Below are positions 1 to 12,334 of a DNA stretch of 64,000 bases, in pieces. The translations under genes and the position numbers were made by a program. The notes under the pieces were generated by a model. The model worked only from the letters and a program-made list of their open reading frames with translations, had not been told where the DNA came from and made no database searches. The stretch's first letter is position 1; each line of letters begins with the position of its first letter. This stretch comes from Mobula hypostoma (taxonomy: Eukaryota): NCBI RefSeq assembly GCF_963921235.1, contig NC_086097.1, forward strand, positions 220,412,001 to 220,476,000. Reading direction: 5' to 3'.

Positions 1-1194
1 CGGCGTTTTAGAAAACCTGTTAAAATTGCTAATATTAATCACTTAAAAAGACAGCTGAAAAGTATTTATGCGGACGCTAAACTATGTACAGTATTACAAA
101 ATACCCAGTGTTCACTCACTAATGACAGAAGGAAAAAGACATCAGCAAAGTGAAGACAATGCCAACTGCCCACCATTTACTATATGTACACTGTGTCTGG
201 GAGGATTTCAAAATGTATCATCCAACATCATATGATCTCGCAACTGTCCAGCTGGCGCAAAGCCGGCATGAGATGTTTTCTGTGAAACATCTCACTGCTT
301 TTGGATTGTATAAAAAAAATCATTTGCTGGTAAAGATAATCATGATGTATCTTTTTATTATGGGTGGGATTTTAAGAATCTTGGGGTGGCACTGCATGCC
401 ATGTGCCAACAATTTTTTTTGCGTACCATCTTGGGCACACGTGCCATGGGTTTATCCATGGGGACAGGGATCACCATTTGTCTGTTAAATGGCAGGAAGT
501 GCATTTGGATTTGAATTTTCAGGAACAAACTTTAAGGTATAATTTTCAGATAAGATTATATAAACTTAAAAGCACCTGCTCAATTTTAATGGAGTATTAC
601 AAGCTTATTTTGATGCAGCAAAAGATTCTACAAGGCTATAAACTGGACGTTATATGTACATTAGCTCCGATACTTAATTATGCAGTCGTAAAACTAATTA
701 CCTGCATAGTCCAGCCTCATCTGAATATGGACTTAACTAATTCATCTATTTCATAATAAGTTCAAAATACACATAATAGGACTTTAATTGGAATTGGGTC
801 ATCACACTACTTAATGTAAAATATATTTGCAGCTAAGAGCAATTCAAAATGTTATGTGAAAATGGATCACTTTTATGATGCGCATGTTTCCACAAAACCA
901 ACCGTTAGCAAAGCAGTATATCTATGACACTGCTGAGTGGAAGGATACATTATTTATACAGTATAAATAAAGAGCCACTGATCAACTGTGATTACGTCTT
1001 AAGTTTTTCTTATAAAAATTTTATATTAGTTTTATCTTCAGGCTCATCTTCGTATGCACAGTTCACATGATGCTTAATTATTTGATAATGACCAACATTC
1101 ATAGTCACAGTAATATCGCACGGAAATAGATCCTACATCCCAACTCACCCGTGATGACCTCATCTAGTCCCATTTGGTCCCTATCCCTATAAAT

Positions 1195-1274
1195 CGGGGT
1201 ATCCCAATCTTTTTTGTGCCCTGGACCAATACCATTAAGCAAGGTGTCTGTGGACCCCAGGATGGCAAAGCCTG
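1195..1274. mobile_element. Degraded ~80-bp hAT/Charlie-type MITE inside a CR1 3' remnant
   Basis: Imperfect inverted ends cggggtatcccaatct ... caggatggcaaagcctg resemble the Charlie TIR CAGGGGTCCCCAACCT. Confidence 0.4.
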
Positions 1275-2525
1275 CACCAAACCTTTCCTCCTATCTTTTC
1301 CATTTAAAATACTTCTTTTTGGTTTCACATATTTATATAAAATCATTATGAAAGTAACTGATCTAATAAACATTAAGGTTTTTTTTTGTCTCCCGACTGG
1401 AGGGGAAATGCAATGTAAATTGCATGACAATTCATTTTGGCATTAAAGTATCGATTCCATTAATGTTCTAGGTTATCTCAATGACGTTATTCTCAACCCA
1501 CACTTGCTTGTGATAGGTGTCTTATTATGCTGACTAACTTGGAAAAAGGGCAAGAGATTTGATCCTTTAGACTGAAAACGCTTCTGCCAAGAAAAGTGTA
1601 GTATTTTAACCAATTTCTTTTTAACCACCTCAGCAGCAAACATAAAGTGACTGAAAACATAAGAATGGGACTCAGGATTCTGGTCAACCAGTGTTCATAC
1701 ATTCCACCACGTCTGGGTACCAAAAACAATAAATGAAAATCAAAAGATGCTGGAAATCTGAAATAAAAATGGAAAAAAGCAAGAAGAATCTTTCCATAGA
1801 TACTGCCTGATCTAGCATTTTCTGGCTTTATTTGGTTACCACAACGTATGGGCCTAGAAGTCAGGTCATAGAACATCACATTAATGTGCCTGGTGCAATT
1901 CAATTGCAACATATAAAATAACAGCAAAGGAAATAGAAGAATGCTGTAAATTTCACAAAATCCACAATTTTGTTTTGGGTCCTCTGCATATCTGATGCAC
2001 TCTCTACATCAGGATGCACAATATTTGAGAGAATTGCTTCAACAGTGAAAGGCAAACTTGAGAAACGTCTTCAGGTTGGTCTTCTGAAAATACTTGCTGA
2101 TTCAGTTCTTCCTGAGAACTTCCCCCACACCTCCACCTGACCCCGTCACACATCTGACGACTCACTCACCTCCCACATTTTCCTATCATGATCCTCCACT
2201 GCCACTATTCTCTATCCCGCCCTCAGCAAATTTCCTATATGATCCAACTTCCCTGGACTACCCACTAGCACCACCAACTCCCTCCTGTCTTATCTCCATC
2301 CTCTGTCTCACCAAACTCCCATCCAACACTGTTGCAATGAAACTTCACCCCACCCTATACTCAAACACCTAATCCACAAGCAGCTGATCCCCTCTTTCTC
2401 TCAAGGCCAGCCCTTCCCATGACAACTGCTGCTCCTCCAAGAATAGAACCTATGACTCTCCCAATTTCCTTCAAGCCCTTATAGTGATGCTCAAGTCCAC
2501 AGTGGGTCTTGAAGTAAAACTTCCC

Positions 2526-3622
2526 TACATTTTAGATACTATAATTAACCTTAATCCATGTCAGAAAGGTGCATCGGCTATGATTTATAAAATTATTATG
2601 AAACTTAGGAAAGCTCCATTTGATAAGATTAGGGTAGATTGGGAACAGGAATTGGGTTCTATCATTTCCGAAGATGACTGGGGGCAGATTTTACAATTAG
2701 TCAATACTTCCTCTATCTGTGCTAAACATTCCCTAATTCAATTTAAAGTTGTTCATAGAGCACATATGTCCAAAGATAAATTAGCTCACTTTTATTCTCA
2801 TATTCATCCTTTTTGTGATAGATGTCTGGGGCAGATAGCCTCTTTAACTCATATGTTTTGGTCTTGTCCTACTCTGGAAACTTTTTGAAGAGACATTTTT
2901 AATATTATCTCAAAGGTATTGAATATAGATATCTCTCCTCACCCTGTTACTGCTATCTTTGGACTATCTAAAATTTCCAGTAATATTTCTCCTTCAGCCC
3001 ATAGAATGATTGCATTTCTTACTTTAATGGCGAAAAGATGTATCTTACAACATTGGAAAGAGCTTAATGCTCCAACCACCTTTTTTTTGGTGGTTTTCTC
3101 AGATGATATTATGCTTGAATTTGGAGAAAATTAGAAGCAATCTTTATGATTCCTCACTTAAATTTGAACAGACCTGGAGATCTTTTATTCAATATTTTCA
3201 TTTAATGTAATTTTTTTTCCTTCTCTTTTTTGCTCCATATTTATATACCCTTCTTGTTTTTTTTTAACTGTTGTTAATGGAGGTCGGGATTGAGGACGTG
3301 ATTTTAAGTTCTTTAACTCTACTTGGTTCCAAGTGGGCCCATTGCTTTGCTTTGCTTTTAGTTTAGTTGCACGGTGGGTTTTTTTTTGGGTTTTTTTTTC
3401 CTTTTCTCTTGATATATATATATATATATATATATCTAAAAATTAGTATACTATTATGTTACCTTAGTATGTTATGTTTAAATTACATTGTTTGTATCTT
3501 TTTTTTCTGTATTAATATCTCCTGTAATTTTATTATATTCTAACAGTGTATTAGTGCCTATATGGCTTACCTTTTTGTATACTTATTCAATAAAAAGATT
3601 TAAAAAGAAAGAAAGAAAGTAA
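2526..3622 (+). mobile_element. 5'-truncated L1-clade LINE (ORF2 C-terminus, 3'UTR, A-rich tail)
   Basis: ORFs 2484..2888 and 2919..3134 encode the zinc-knuckle region CDRC...HMFWSCP. AATAAA precedes a (GAAA)n tail. 11-bp TSD taaaacttccc at 2515-2525 and 3623-3633. Confidence 0.85.
3412..3436. repeat. (TA)n microsatellite inside the L1 3'UTR
   Basis: Directly visible. Confidence 0.9.
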
Positions 3623-3779
3623 TAAAACTTCCCGTGTGCAAGGTGAAAATGCTATATGTGACAGAATTTTGTAGTGTTGGGTTTTTGAATGAAATAGTTG
3701 AGGGGTTCTATTGCTTTCTGTAGTTTAGTGCAGCTTTTCAAGCACATACAACTGTTAAATCAGGACATCAGCCACAATA

Positions 3780-4935
3780 GACTATATGCTAGTTTTACAT
3801 ATTGCAGTTTGGTTTTCGACACAATCATCTCATCTAAACTCATCATCAAGCTTCAAGAGCAGGGCCCGTGTACTTCCCATGCAAATAGATACTTGACCTC
3901 CTCATTGACAGACCTGAGCCAATGAAGACTGGTAACATCATCTCCTCCTCACTGACCATTAACACAGGTGCATCGCAAGGCTGCGTTCTCAGCCCCCTGC
4001 TCTAGTGTGACTAAACACAGCTGCAACGCCATCGTCAAATTCACCAATTTGCACTATTGTTGTTGGACAAACCATATGTGGCGATGCGTCAGCTTACTAG
4101 AGCGAGACAGGTCACCCGGTTGTGCGCAACAACAACAACCACCACCATCACCTCTCGTTCAATGTCAGCAAAAGAAAAAAGGGCTGATTGTTGACTTTAC
4201 GAAGGGGAAGGAGAGTGAACATGCACACTACATTGAGGAAACGGCAGAGGAGCAAGTCAGCAGCTGTAAATTCCTTGGCATTAGTGTATTGGATGGTGCA
4301 TCCTGGGCCCAGCACGTAGATGCAATCATAAAGAAAGCACACAAGCATCTTTCTTTGGAGGCCAAGGAGGTTCAATTTGTCACTAAATACACTAACAACT
4401 TTCTACAAATGTAGGGTTGTAAGTATCCTGAATGATTTTATCGTGGTCTGGTGTGGCAATTTGAATGTGCAAAAATGTAAGAAACTGCAGAGAACCCAAT
4501 ACATCATGGGCACACAGCTTTCCACTTTTGCTAGTATGTACAGGAGGTGTTACCTCAAGCAGGCAACCCTACATCAGGGAACCCCACCACCCGGGCCATG
4601 CCACCTTTTCAGAGTTACCATTGGGCAGGAGGTGCAAAAGCGTGAAGTTCAATACCACCAGGTTCAAGACCAGCTTCTTCCTTTCAGCTACTTGGGTTCT
4701 TGAACCAAACGCCACGTCCCTAATCAGAGTTTAGCAACACCATGACAATTTTGCACTGAAACAGACTTTATTTTTGCTTATTCTTATTCTGTTTTCTTGT
4801 AAAAATTATGCATAATTTACATCAATTTATGTTTTACTTATAAATGCTGTTTATATTGTATGATGCCAATAAATTTATATGATGCAAGTTTTAAGTTACA
4901 CCTGTACATATGACAAACTCAACTTTGACTTTAAC
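3780..4935 (+). mobile_element. Degraded Rex1/Babar-type LINE 3' half
   Basis: GASQGCVLSP RT motif, KFLGISV...WAQHVDAIIKKA, TTFYKCRVVSIL, TTRFKTSFF. Tail aactttgact. Confidence 0.75.
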
Positions 4936-4979
4936 TTAATATATAATATTTTAAAAAATTCTCAAATGCCAAACCACAC

Positions 4980-5220
4980 TGGAATTGGTTTATTATTGTC
5001 ACATGTATTGAGATACAGTGAAAAGTTGCCTTGCATACTGTTCAAACAAATCAAATCATTGCACAGTGCATTGAGGTAGTAAAGGTAAACTTTACTACTT
5101 TGAACAATAACAATGCAGAATAATGTATGACAGTTACAGAGAAAGTAGACAATAAGATGCAAGATCATAATGATGTTGATTGTGAGGTCAAGAGGCCAAC
5201 TTATCGTACTAGGGGCCATT
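4980..5220 (-). mobile_element. LINE 3'UTR remnant (Rex/Babar-like), tail-to-tail with the previous element
   Basis: The end ggtttattattgtcacatgt... resembles the other Rex-type 3' ends in the window. Confidence 0.5.
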
Positions 5221-6721
5221 AATTTTAGGTCTTTGTTTGCTTTGTCTCCTTTCTCCCTACACTGGGATTACTTATATCCACTTTCTTTATGCTACAGCCA
5301 ATACTTACCCAGTCAGCAACATTAGAGATGGGGGACATTATTTTTTAGGTGAGCCAATTGAAAAAAAACACTAAATTGCTGTTTTCAAAAATGCATTTAC
5401 TTTTCTTTTGTTAATTTTCACTTTTGAGAAAGTACCATTTTTCAAGAGGTTATTTATCCTGTGTGAGGTATCATTGTGTAAGGTGATTGGGCAAAGGAGG
5501 GAGAAAAACAATAAAAACACATCTCAGTCCCCTGCCTACAAGTTCAGACCAATGATTATTACATATTAATTATAAATGCAAGAGCTGACATTCTCTGCCT
5601 ACACTTGAGAACCAAGAGCAATGATTGTATTTGGCCATAGCTAGAACTACAGACCAAACCAAGAACTTTTCAGAGATACCAGAGTCTGCAGAGATACTGA
5701 TATCTGGAGCAACACACAAAGCACTGGAGGAATTCAGCAAGTCAGGCAGCATCTAAGGAGGGAAATGGACAGTCAACATTTTGGTCAAGACCCTCCAAGG
5801 CTTTCTGTGTTCCTCCAAAGGTCATTCAGGTCAGGTATCCATTTGATAAACTCACTGATATTCAGCTGAAATATGCCTGCAATACCGCTATAAAAATGAG
5901 GGAAACGTTTCCCCATCTCATAAACTGGTCCTAACTGTCTTTACGTAGAAAGTTATAGTTCAGTGCTACTTGAGTTGTAATCCATTTTAACTGCAACCTA
6001 AGGCATTAATAGAGAAGAGCTCTGCCTGACATTTCCGGGCAGTCCTTTCAACTTTGCCCATTGGCAGTCAAGGCTTTTAACAACCACATTTAAAAACAAA
6101 AATAGATATGAAGAATGAAAATTAAGTATATTAGAATACTAACAAATATATCTAAAATCATCACGTTAAAATACACTGAACATTTACCATTACCCACTGG
6201 CCTACATCACAGCCATATCTGGATCCCTTCTTTAGCAATTCACTGCTATTACTGGATCCAGAGATGGGTTTATGAAGGTGAGCCTGAATTTGACTTCCAG
6301 TATTGCTTGGACTTCTACTTTCAATCATGTCAGCAATCACCACAATGCAGGCCAACATGCCGACAGCTTTTATAAAGCAGTCGTTAAAGAATCAGATAGG
6401 ACACCATACAGGCTCACACCAGCAGAATAGTTTGTCCCAGAAACACTAATATTATGGTACATAATGATGTTTGCCTGTTGGAGTTAATGCTTCAGCCTTT
6501 CAACAAAGGGTAGCATTTTACCATTAATATCATTGGTCAATTTCATACCTTAAATGCTTTCCAATATAAAGTATTTTACAGTTAAATACTTTCAATATCT
6601 GAAAATGCCATGATCCTTTTCTGAGATGCATTTGATGAAATCTTAGCACCTTCAATATTGGGCGCTACTTGGCTGCTAATGCAATCTTCCTGATATTTAG
6701 AAAACATTGCCCATCTCTTAC

Positions 6722-6920
6722 CTGTTCAGCACCCATTGAGGACAATCCTGATGTAGGCACAGAGGTCATTGAGGTCATGCTAATCTGCCCTGACATCTGA
6801 TTCATGTTGTTCATACCAGCAGTATTGGTTGCCATAGAAACACTGATATTCATGTTGTTGCTGTACATGCTGGTGTTTGCCTGCTGTCCAAACTGTGGTG
6901 GGGACGGCTGTGAAAACATG
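6722..6920 (-). CDS. NCOA2: NCOA2 exon w12 (199 nt), AD2 region: [33 protein letters not shown]...GLSSMGAEQ
   Basis: ORF 6665..6919. Acceptor atttag|C ATG, donor CAG|gtaaga, phase 2 to 0. Confidence 0.94.
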
Positions 6921-7162
6921 CTAAATTAGAAGAGAGGGAAAACAAAAATCATGGATTAGATTAAGTACATTTTCCTGAAAACTTTTACTTCTTGGAGTAA
7001 TTCTGTCAGTGAATCTTTATAAAAGAGAGGCACAATTCTTAAGCAATAGACAACAAGGGCATTGCTTGCCACACTCCTGAGTCGAAATATTAAGTCTCAA
7101 ATCCTCACTGGTGTTTTTATCTGCTACAGGCTGAATTACTCCATCACTCTCCTCTGGACGCC

Positions 7163-7450
7163 CTTTTATTTTATTGAGATACAGCACGGAATAGCCCTTA
7201 CGGCCCTTTGAGCCACACCGTCCAGCTACCCCTCGATTTAATCCTAACCTAATCACAGGACAATCTACAATGACCAATCAACCTACCAACCGGTACGTCT
7301 TTGGACTGTGGGAGGAAACCAAAGTACCCAGAGGAAACCCACACGGTCACGGGAGAACGCACAAACTCCTTACAGGCAGTGGAGGGAAATTGAAGCTGGG
7401 TTGCCTGTACTGTACAGTGCTGTACCAACCACCATGCTGCCATGCCACCC
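7163..7450 (-). mobile_element. tRNA-derived V-SINE (HE1-like)
   Basis: tRNA-like head, V-domain core gtgtgggtttcctctgggtactttggtttcctcccacagtccaaagac, LINE-like tail ending aataaaataaaa. Same family as 59375-59496 plus 61998-62180. Confidence 0.8.
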
Positions 7451-7629
7451 AATTGCAATTGATAAACATGATGTGCTCAAAATGCAGGCAACACATCCCA
7501 CTCAAGCCCATCACTCTCATTCCATGAACTGCTCCTTACCTTGTCTATGTAAACCATGGTTCATTTTGAATGGTAAAAGGTGGGATAGACAGGCTGTAAG
7601 TAATAAAGGTTTCTAGGGACTGTACTACA

Positions 7630-7880
7630 CAGTTCTGCAACTATAACGGCAGCATCCATCATTAAGGACCCCCATCACCCAGGTCATGCCCTGTTCTCAT
7701 TGCTACCATCAGCAAGGAGGTACCGAAGAAGCCTGAAGACACACACTCAACAGCTTCTTTCCCCCTGCATCTGACTTCTGAATGAACACTGAACCCATGA
7801 ACACTACCTCACTACTTTTTAAAATTTCTACTTTTACACTACTTATTTTAACTATTTTAGATATTATATATTATGTAAAT
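7630..7880 (+). mobile_element. Rex/Babar LINE 3' end fragment
   Basis: gcagcatccatcattaaggacccccatcaccc (ASIIKDPHHP) followed by the family 3'UTR. Confidence 0.7.
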
Positions 7881-8200
7881 TTTGCCCCCCCATCACAGGA
7901 CAAAATAAATCCCTTAATTAAAATAGTCCCTCCAAAAAAGCATGCTGCTAAATTGAATACACAACATACCCAAGATCAGGGCCTGTTAGATCAACACTAT
8001 TTACCCTTCTCCACGATTCAATCACTCCTCTCTGCATAAGCACAATATGACCTTTCTATTCTTTAAAAAAAAATTAGAAACAATCAGAAGGCTGTCAACC
8101 ACCCGAAGTGTCTTGAGTGTAGTGCTGTATATATCTACATCTGCCCGCTTTCTCAGCTGTCTCCCTCTGTAGTGGAAGTATGGAGGTGTTGGGAAAGTAC

Positions 8201-8378
8201 CTGTTTCCATTAATGCTTCCCTGTGGCCAGCCATTAATCTCAGAAGGTGATTGGTAGGTAGGTGTAGGCTGAGACTGCTGTATCATTGGACTCTGTGTAT
8301 GACTCATCCTTGGAGACATTAATGGGCTTTGGGGGGTTGTCGACCCACCAAATCCTGCATCAGACTGCTGATTCATTC
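8201..8378 (-). CDS. NCOA2: NCOA2 exon w11 (178 nt): [32 protein letters not shown]...INGN(S)
   Basis: ORF 8095..8406. Acceptor ttacag|GA, donor AG|gtactt, phase 1 to 2. Confidence 0.94.
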
Positions 8379-11300
8379 CTGTAAATGAACAAACCCCATA
8401 AAACAACCTTGAACAATGTACAGCTTAAAAAACAATTTTAATATTTTAGTACACTCTATGTATTAACATTATACAATTGAAAACTTCTCCTTTAATGACA
8501 ATTAGTCAAATTGACAAGGAAATCTAAATAAATGTCAACATGGTTGACATTTTCTTCCACATGCAACTCCACTCATTTAATGAATTTACTGTGAAGAATG
8601 GCAGTAAATTATTAATTTTTCAAATGTACCCACTACTAGTTACATTTTGGCTCCATTACCAACACAGCAATACGTCTCCAAGAACATCAAACACCTTCAA
8701 AAAATATTTGTTAACTGAAATAGCTAGACAGCAAAACAGCATCAGCCTCCTGTGCCCTCAACTGTTTAACCTATACCCAGAATATTTGAAGATTAATTCT
8801 GATATTTTAGAATGATTTGCCTCTTCAATCAGTTTATTTTGATCTTTGATTTGGTTCTATTAAAAATGTCTCAAATGCACAGTAAATTCAATAAATGTGT
8901 GGAGGTTAAACTGTACGAACTGCAATCATATTTACAAATTTCCATAAACATTTGTTTTTATAGTCTGAAGTAGCAACTCGTCCCTAAGAATTTTAATAGA
9001 CGGGCATGAGCATGAATTAGCATTATACAAGTTTCCCCAGGGACTGCTGAAAATTAATGCACTGTACCTATACATCTAATTAAACATATTTACTTCTCAA
9101 CTAATTAGCATTCAGCTCCTGAAATTTAATTTTGAATGTTTTCTCAACAGTGCCATTCAAAACTTGCACCAAACCTAAACCTACCTTTATCCATGGCCCC
9201 TTTTCCACATATCATAAAGTGTAGCTCATGATGAAACAATCATGGTCACAATAAATTACCTCCACTGGCATAGAAGATGGATGACTTTCATAGAAAATGA
9301 CTATGTTAGGTTTTGTCTCCTTTATGCAACTATGCATGTTACTTAAGAAATTTTAAAAACTTGAGAGATTATGTTTTATCTTTTCCTCTTATCGATCTTG
9401 CGTTTTCTCTGTTTATTGAAGACACTGGAATCTTGGCTAATGCTGAAGTTCTCCAGACCTACGCTCTGAATAGAAACAGCAACCTTAGGAAGTCAACTGT
9501 GACTGACTAGCAAATATAGGAGAGAATATGAATCATATCTCCAGCTTTCTCAGTCTATAAACACTGTGCCATTCATTTAAATTCATTTCCCCCAAGTCAG
9601 CAGAATAGTTTGGCTAAGGGTACATTATTTCCCACAATAGGATTAATAATAGAATTTACTAGTCCTTACAAATTTTGTAATGACAGCCACTACTAAACAA
9701 ATAAAATGTGAATGAAACCTAACTGGCACTGCCACTTGCAAATAGGACAAATTTTGAAATGAGATCTAATTAGCAATATTTTGTAACAATAGCATGCAGA
9801 ATTTGGTTTATAATAGTACTGAATTAGTTATGCCTGGGCCCGTAACACCCTACTTAACTAATCTGAAGGCTCAATTTGGAGAACAAATAGATCAGAAGGT
9901 ACAAGAAAATATTCATATGAAATAAAACATTTTCATTTGCTATCACTGAAAAAAAAAGTCTATGACAAGAGTTTACGGGCAACAAAACAACTGCTATAAT
10001 TCTCATGAGGTTTCTTCACCTGGAGAATAACATTCACAGTACCCACTGAATACTCAAAAAAGATTATTCCTTATAATAAAAACCTAGAGAATGTTTATTG
10101 CAAAATGGGGAAACTTTTAAACAAGGAATTCAGGTTCAAAGTCAATACGTTTAAAATACATTAAATTGCTACTATGTTTGGCACGTCTCTGGCATGTAAG
10201 ATTCTTAATTTTGTTGTAATATTTAATTCTTTAAACTGGGATTTATAAATGTCCCTGTCACATCCAAAATAGGATGAATGGTGTATTAATTTGGATTTAA
10301 TTATTGCATTACAAATATTTAACTGAAGCCTTTATAGGCATAAAAAGCACGGCCCTAGGAAAAGTTTCACAGATATCCAATATAGTTCAATTCTGCCCAA
10401 TGCAGTTTGGGAATTTATAAATTTCAATTCAATTCAGTCTTCTAAATCTAGTAGTCCACTGTTAAAAATTCTACTGCATCCTGTATCAATATATTGTCAG
10501 TGGGTAAAACACCATAAAAATCTTGTTTCTTGACAGAATACCTAATTCAACTACTTTGGACTCTTTTTGTTAACGATGAGATTTATAAGACAAATAATGA
10601 CTAATCTGACCATGGTTCAGTTTAGTTCTGTAATGTTTAAGTACAGTTGAAAACTTTTCTAAAACAAAATGCATGTGCTGTAATGTTATTTTAAAACATT
10701 TTGTACTATTATCCAGCATTGATTTTGTACAATTTAAGTTAATGCCAGATATTTGAATGATTAACAACTGACACTGAAAATATTTTAAAAATATAAATAG
10801 CTTTCTGTTGAACCTTTACAAATTTCATCATTGGCACAAAGCTTACTTCAACTCAGAAAAGCTTTTCCCAATTGCTTCTGCACTGTGTATTAATTTTGCA
10901 GATGAGACTTCATTGTGAAAAGCACGAAAAACCTAAGTCTCTACAGTCAGAGCACAGAAACAAATTCTGCAACATCACTGAAAGGACATTCAAAGCTTCA
11001 CTCATGAATTAGTAGTGCTCATTCCCAAGCGAAAAAATTTACTGAAGGAATGGGTCTTGATATTCTACTGAGAGACAAAAATTTGAATATTAAATGTCAA
11101 AAATATATTCTAGGATTTTAGAGGATACAGCACATGCCATTTACATCACCTCACCTGGAACTGTCCACTTCAAACTCATTTAGTTTAGTTTAGCTCTTTC
11201 TTTACATCATAAATGCTCCCTTTTCCAGTCAACAAACTTACTAATAAATTACATCAACGTCCAAGCAGGACTTGCAGTTGGGCACCTGTGTTATAGAATT

Positions 11301-11886
11301 TTTTCTGGATATTGCTCTGATGCTAGGGCCAACAATTCATCTACATAATTTTTGAAAACTAAAGATCAAAACAAACTAATTTTAAACATATCTGCTGATG
11401 TGAAATATCTCATCAATGGATTACTTCTGTGAGATTTTCTAAAATTAAGATCTGCCCTTTAGCCAGTTACGAAAGCTTCTTTCCCTCTGCTGTCAGACTT
11501 CTGAGCAGTCCATGAACCCTTAAACACTACCTCATTACTCCTTTTTCTGCACCATTTATATTTGTAATTTATATTTTTGCGTTTGCACTATATGGTTACT
11601 GCAAAACAAAAGATTTCACGTCAAACATCAGTAATAATTAATCTGATTCTGAGAACTGTGTTAGACAACTAAAGCATGCAAGTTAGTACTGAATTTTCAC
11701 ATTCACTTATAACTAAAGGGAAGGTGGATAAGGTTAAACAGGGTATAGACATTACAAGCAACAGCTCCACACCCAATGCAAAGCCAAATCAATTTCCCAT
11801 CACACAAAGACAAAGCAGAATGCAATCTTTACAATAAATAGTTTTGCCATTCTAGTAGTTAACAGCACTCAGAGGAAAGGCAGTAC

Positions 11887-12093
11887 CTGAGCTGGGAAAC
11901 TGGAAGGCATTGTGCTGCATTTGGGGACTCATTACAGGCCCAAACTGTCCTCCCACATTTCCTATCATTCCCTGGTTAGCCAGATTCATCTGGGAGCCAT
12001 GCAAGGAGCCGTGAGAGAGGAGCTGTGACCCAGGATTTGGGGACACTGGGGAGAAAGGACTGGTGGAAGGTGGTGGGGAAGTAAGCCCAGTAC
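11887..12093 (-). CDS. NCOA2: NCOA2 exon w10 in-frame extension (207 nt, 69 aa) to a distal donor
   Basis: The frame stays open ([23 protein letters not shown]...[25 protein letters not shown]) to a second donor TCAG|gtactg in the same phase 1. Confidence 0.8.
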
Positions 12094-12334
12094 CATAGTT
12101 CGGAGGGTATGGGAACTGTTGTGGTGATGCCTGAGGAATCCGAGGAGTGCTCATGGCGGTTGCCATGCCGCCAGAGGCTGTCATATTTGGTGGGATGTTC
12201 AAGCCCTGCTGCCGCATCATCATGGTTCTCTGTTGTGCCTGCTGCTGCTGCTGCTGTATCAACTGCCTTTGGCGCAGGTGCTGATTCAGAAGTTCACGCT
12301 GTCTCTGGGCCAGCATCTGTGCATTTATAGGTCC
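12094..12334 (-). CDS. NCOA2: NCOA2 exon w10, short form (241 nt), Q-rich region [24 protein letters not shown]...QQFPYPPNY(G)
   Basis: ORF 11852..12445. Acceptor tttcag|GGA, proximal donor TATG|gtactg, phase 0 to 1. Confidence 0.93.

Noticed and set aside
208..279. Possible terminal NCOA2 exon (cag|KTSHAGFAPAGQLRDHMMLDDTF*; MPALRQ in another frame)
   Set aside because: Weak pyrimidine tract and no real similarity to the expected VNDPALR...KYC end. The PALR match is out of phase.
2009..2026. Minus-strand KYCAS* resembling the NCOA2 C-terminal KYC
   Set aside because: No AG acceptor in front and the stop is misplaced; chance match.
6161..6358. 65-aa minus-strand ORF just downstream of exon w12
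   Set aside because: No recognisable p160 homology, and the nearest acceptor read in phase 0 stops after nine codons.
12239..12256. CAG run encoding poly-Gln
   Set aside because: Only six codons, within the normal Q-rich region of p160 proteins.
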